A stretch of DNA of 64,000 bases, from contig OZ024743.1 of the NCBI GenBank assembly GCA_964016885.1, positions 292,578,001 through 292,642,000 of the forward strand, written 5' to 3'. Within the stretch, counting starts at the first letter, position 1. Each line of letters opens with the position of its first letter. Positions 61,010 through 64,000 of the stretch are shown one piece after another. Made by a program: the position numbers and the translations under genes. Source of the stretch: Eledone cirrhosa (lineage: Eukaryota). Under the pieces are notes generated by a model that was not told the origin of the DNA, did not search any database, and saw only the letters and a program-made list of their open reading frames with translations.

Positions 61010-61631
61010 CTATATATTAATATATATATATATATATTAAGATATAAAAAAAAATTAAAGATAATGCCACCCACACCCAGAGCATCAGCAAGGAATCTTA
61101 CTTCATTAACAAATACGGACCCCGTCTAAACACTTCTCCCTAAGACGAACCCACAACATACACACGTCAACATACATACCTACATCAGCACACATCTCTA
61201 CCCACATATAAACACAATGACACACGTAAACACACATGCTCTATGGTGCAATACAAAAAAATATATGTGCATATATATGTATGTATATATGTATATATAT
61301 ATATATATGTAGTGAATGTGTGTATGTGTGTGTATATATATAGTGAATATCATTTCACACCTTTTATTGTTAAGATTTTTGATGTTCTATTAAGAGAACC
61401 GATTTTACTGAAAAAATCGAATAATGTACACCATTTTACAAGGGGGAAAAAAATACTGGTCCACCCACACACACACACACACCCACACACACACACACAC
61501 ACATATATACACAAACACATACACACGCGTACATCAACATACAAAGAGACTTATACACACACACACACACACGCACTTCTCCGTATAAGACAAAAGCTGA
61601 AAAATATCTTTTGACCTTCGAATGACTCTGC

Positions 61632-61674
<43 letters not shown>

Positions 61675-61758
61675 ATCTTAATAGCCATTTGACACACATC
61701 GCTGCTGGCCATTGTCGCAGCATCGAACACCTTACTACTACTACTACACACACACACA

Positions 61759-61823
<65 letters not shown>

Positions 61824-62295
61824 ATATTTGTTGTGAAAGAGTCATTTCTCAATCTTGGCGCAAAACCAATTTTTTATCCACATGACCTCTACCGACCAAT
61901 CAAAATTGTTTTGACCAATAATTTTTGCTGGAGCCACTTTTTTAACATTTTAACATAAAAACAGTCTTGGCGCAAAATCAACTTTTTACATTCACATGAC
62001 CTCGTCAAAATTGTTTTGACCACAAGCATTTTTGCAACACAAAAATAACGCTGGAGCCACTTTTTTAACATAAAAACAGGTAGAATTCCCCAAACTAATC
62101 AGATCAGAGCAAACAGCACGGACACTCTATCTCAAAATTATTTTTGAAAAGCATTTAGAAATGCGCAACCGGTAAAAACTTAAAAACTTAAAACCACAAC
62201 TGAATACTAACCCATACAATCACTAATACTCTTTTATTCCTAATTAAACCATTTTTCAACTGTGAACAATTTGTCAGCATTTTCTATTCCGTTTA

Positions 62296-62408
<113 letters not shown>

Positions 62409-62439
62409 CACACACATGCATATACATCTTTACACAATT

Positions 62440-63074
62440 TTGGATGGCCGTTGACTCTCATGGCCCTTTGTCAGATTTTATATTTTGTCCTGCAGTGTGA
62501 CCAAAATCACCCTCCTCACCAAATAAATTTGGTGGGTTGCCGGTTTAGTCGCCGACTACCCGACAATGCGACAGGTTGTACTGGGTTACATGTTGCCAGT
62601 AGCACTTATGAGTGACCCGACATAAATAAATACATACATGCATACATACACTCATACATACATGCATACATACATGGTGGCTGCCAACTCGTTTTTGAGT
62701 ACGGCCACTACTTTATATCCTACCGATGCGCTGAACGAGTGTGACTTTTTAGTCAAGCCAGCGACTTGAAAACTCTGGTACAAACACTACACTTGTGACA
62801 ATTATTGACACATAGTGCTGGGCCCATGGTACCTAGTGATGACAAGTGCAGAGAGATCTCCAGATATAAAGCAATGCCTGTGCCGTGAAGCTTTTATAGT
62901 GAGCAAAGGCACTGCACAAAGCCAGTCCCACTCTCTTAACCAAGATGATATTTACCAAAAAGAAGAACAAGTCAACATCATTGGATACCATCAGGGTTGC
63001 AGGTGTTATATCAGAGTTTTCCTTCTCCTAGAATTCTGCCTTGACAAAGGCTAAGGGGTCATCTCTCCCAGTGA
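62440..63074 (-). mobile_element. Same family: diverged 5' part (62440-62625) and 5'-truncated copy (62674-63074)
   Basis: Homology to 55093-55680, with (CATA)n spacers. Confidence 0.8.
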
Positions 63075-63146
63075 TACATACATACATACATACATACATA
63101 CATACATACATACATACATACATACATACATACATACATACATACA

Positions 63147-64000
63147 CTATACAGTCAACGCGATGAGTCGCATATTTTGGCGTGGGAGACTATTTATTAA
63201 ATTTAAGATGAATACTATCTCCGACGTAATGCCACAACTACAGTCATGTTGAATAACTGGTTATTCTTCTAACTATATCTTCTGAAGACACCTTTTATTC
63301 GAATTCGTAGAGATAGCCGACTAATTCATTTTACAATGATTTGCTACAAACAGCATGGCTGAACACAACATCAACAACATAATTAAGAAAGTATCGAAGA
63401 CAAACAACAAGAAAGGTAAACAAACTTTATTCAGTTGTAGCTGCAGATGCGACCGAAATTATAAATCGCATTTCTCTTGGAGTTGCCAACTTAATAATGA
63501 TTTGTTGAATTGTTATAAAATGGCAAAAAAACAATCCCTCCATTGGCTATATGTACAGAATGAAGCTACACTGGGACGAAATACACCCAGAGCTAAATTA
63601 TTTCACAGCGAAACAATTACACCAACAAGCGACGTTTGTTGAACGAAAAAATAAAATAAATATTATTAATTGTAAGTCCCCCACAACAAACATTGTATCA
63701 ACAACCCGTGCTACAGGTCGCCATGCTACAGGTCGACATCGTAGAAGCCAGATTAAACAGTGCATTGAAACAACTATGCCTGTAAGAAACTTGACACCAC
63801 CTGTACCATCTACGTCTACCTCGATTGCTGGGGAAAACATTATCAATAATAATAATAATCGAAGAAATTTGACACCACGTGTACCATCCGAGTCTTCATC
63901 GACTGTTGTGGAAAATACTGTCGATAATGATAATAAACAATTGAAAATTTCCCTCAACGAAATCTTCCAGAAAGAAATTAATTCATGTATAAATAGCTCT
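63147..64000 (+). mobile_element. 5' end of an R4/Dong-like RLE element, continuing past the window
   Basis: Starts directly after (CATA)n. Encodes FSWSCQLNNDLLNCYKMAK/NPSIGYMYRMKLHWDEIHPELNYFTAKQLHQQA across one frameshift, resembling the R4/Dong N-terminal W..CY..GY..RM...W...QRL..Q motif. Confidence 0.65.

Overview
Repeat-dominated, AT-rich eukaryotic (animal) DNA. The SINEs, RTE tails and microsatellite load resemble a cephalopod such as Octopus, which is an inference only. I found no host protein-coding gene, and most listed ORFs are translations of (TA)n, (CA)n or (TACA)n. The window holds mostly degraded retroelements: a near full-length frameshifted RTE LINE, five Penelope-like element (PLE) bodies (three Naiad-like, one Neptune-like, one other GIY-YIG type), an L1/Tx1-like LINE, several R4/Dong-like RLE fragments, a bipartite RTE-derived non-autonomous family and tRNA-type SINEs. 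It also has a non-autonomous Helitron, whose empty site is visible in a paralogous copy, and a hAT MITE. The main hidden signal is at least 7 unrelated type-I hammerhead ribozyme (HHR) families plus several variant-core ones. They sit in PLE pseudo-LTRs or in ORF-less tandem and fold-back units that are candidate retrozymes, almost all bounded by (TA)n. Different element classes appear to occupy different microsatellites. All calls were made by eye, and coordinates are approximate at degraded ends.
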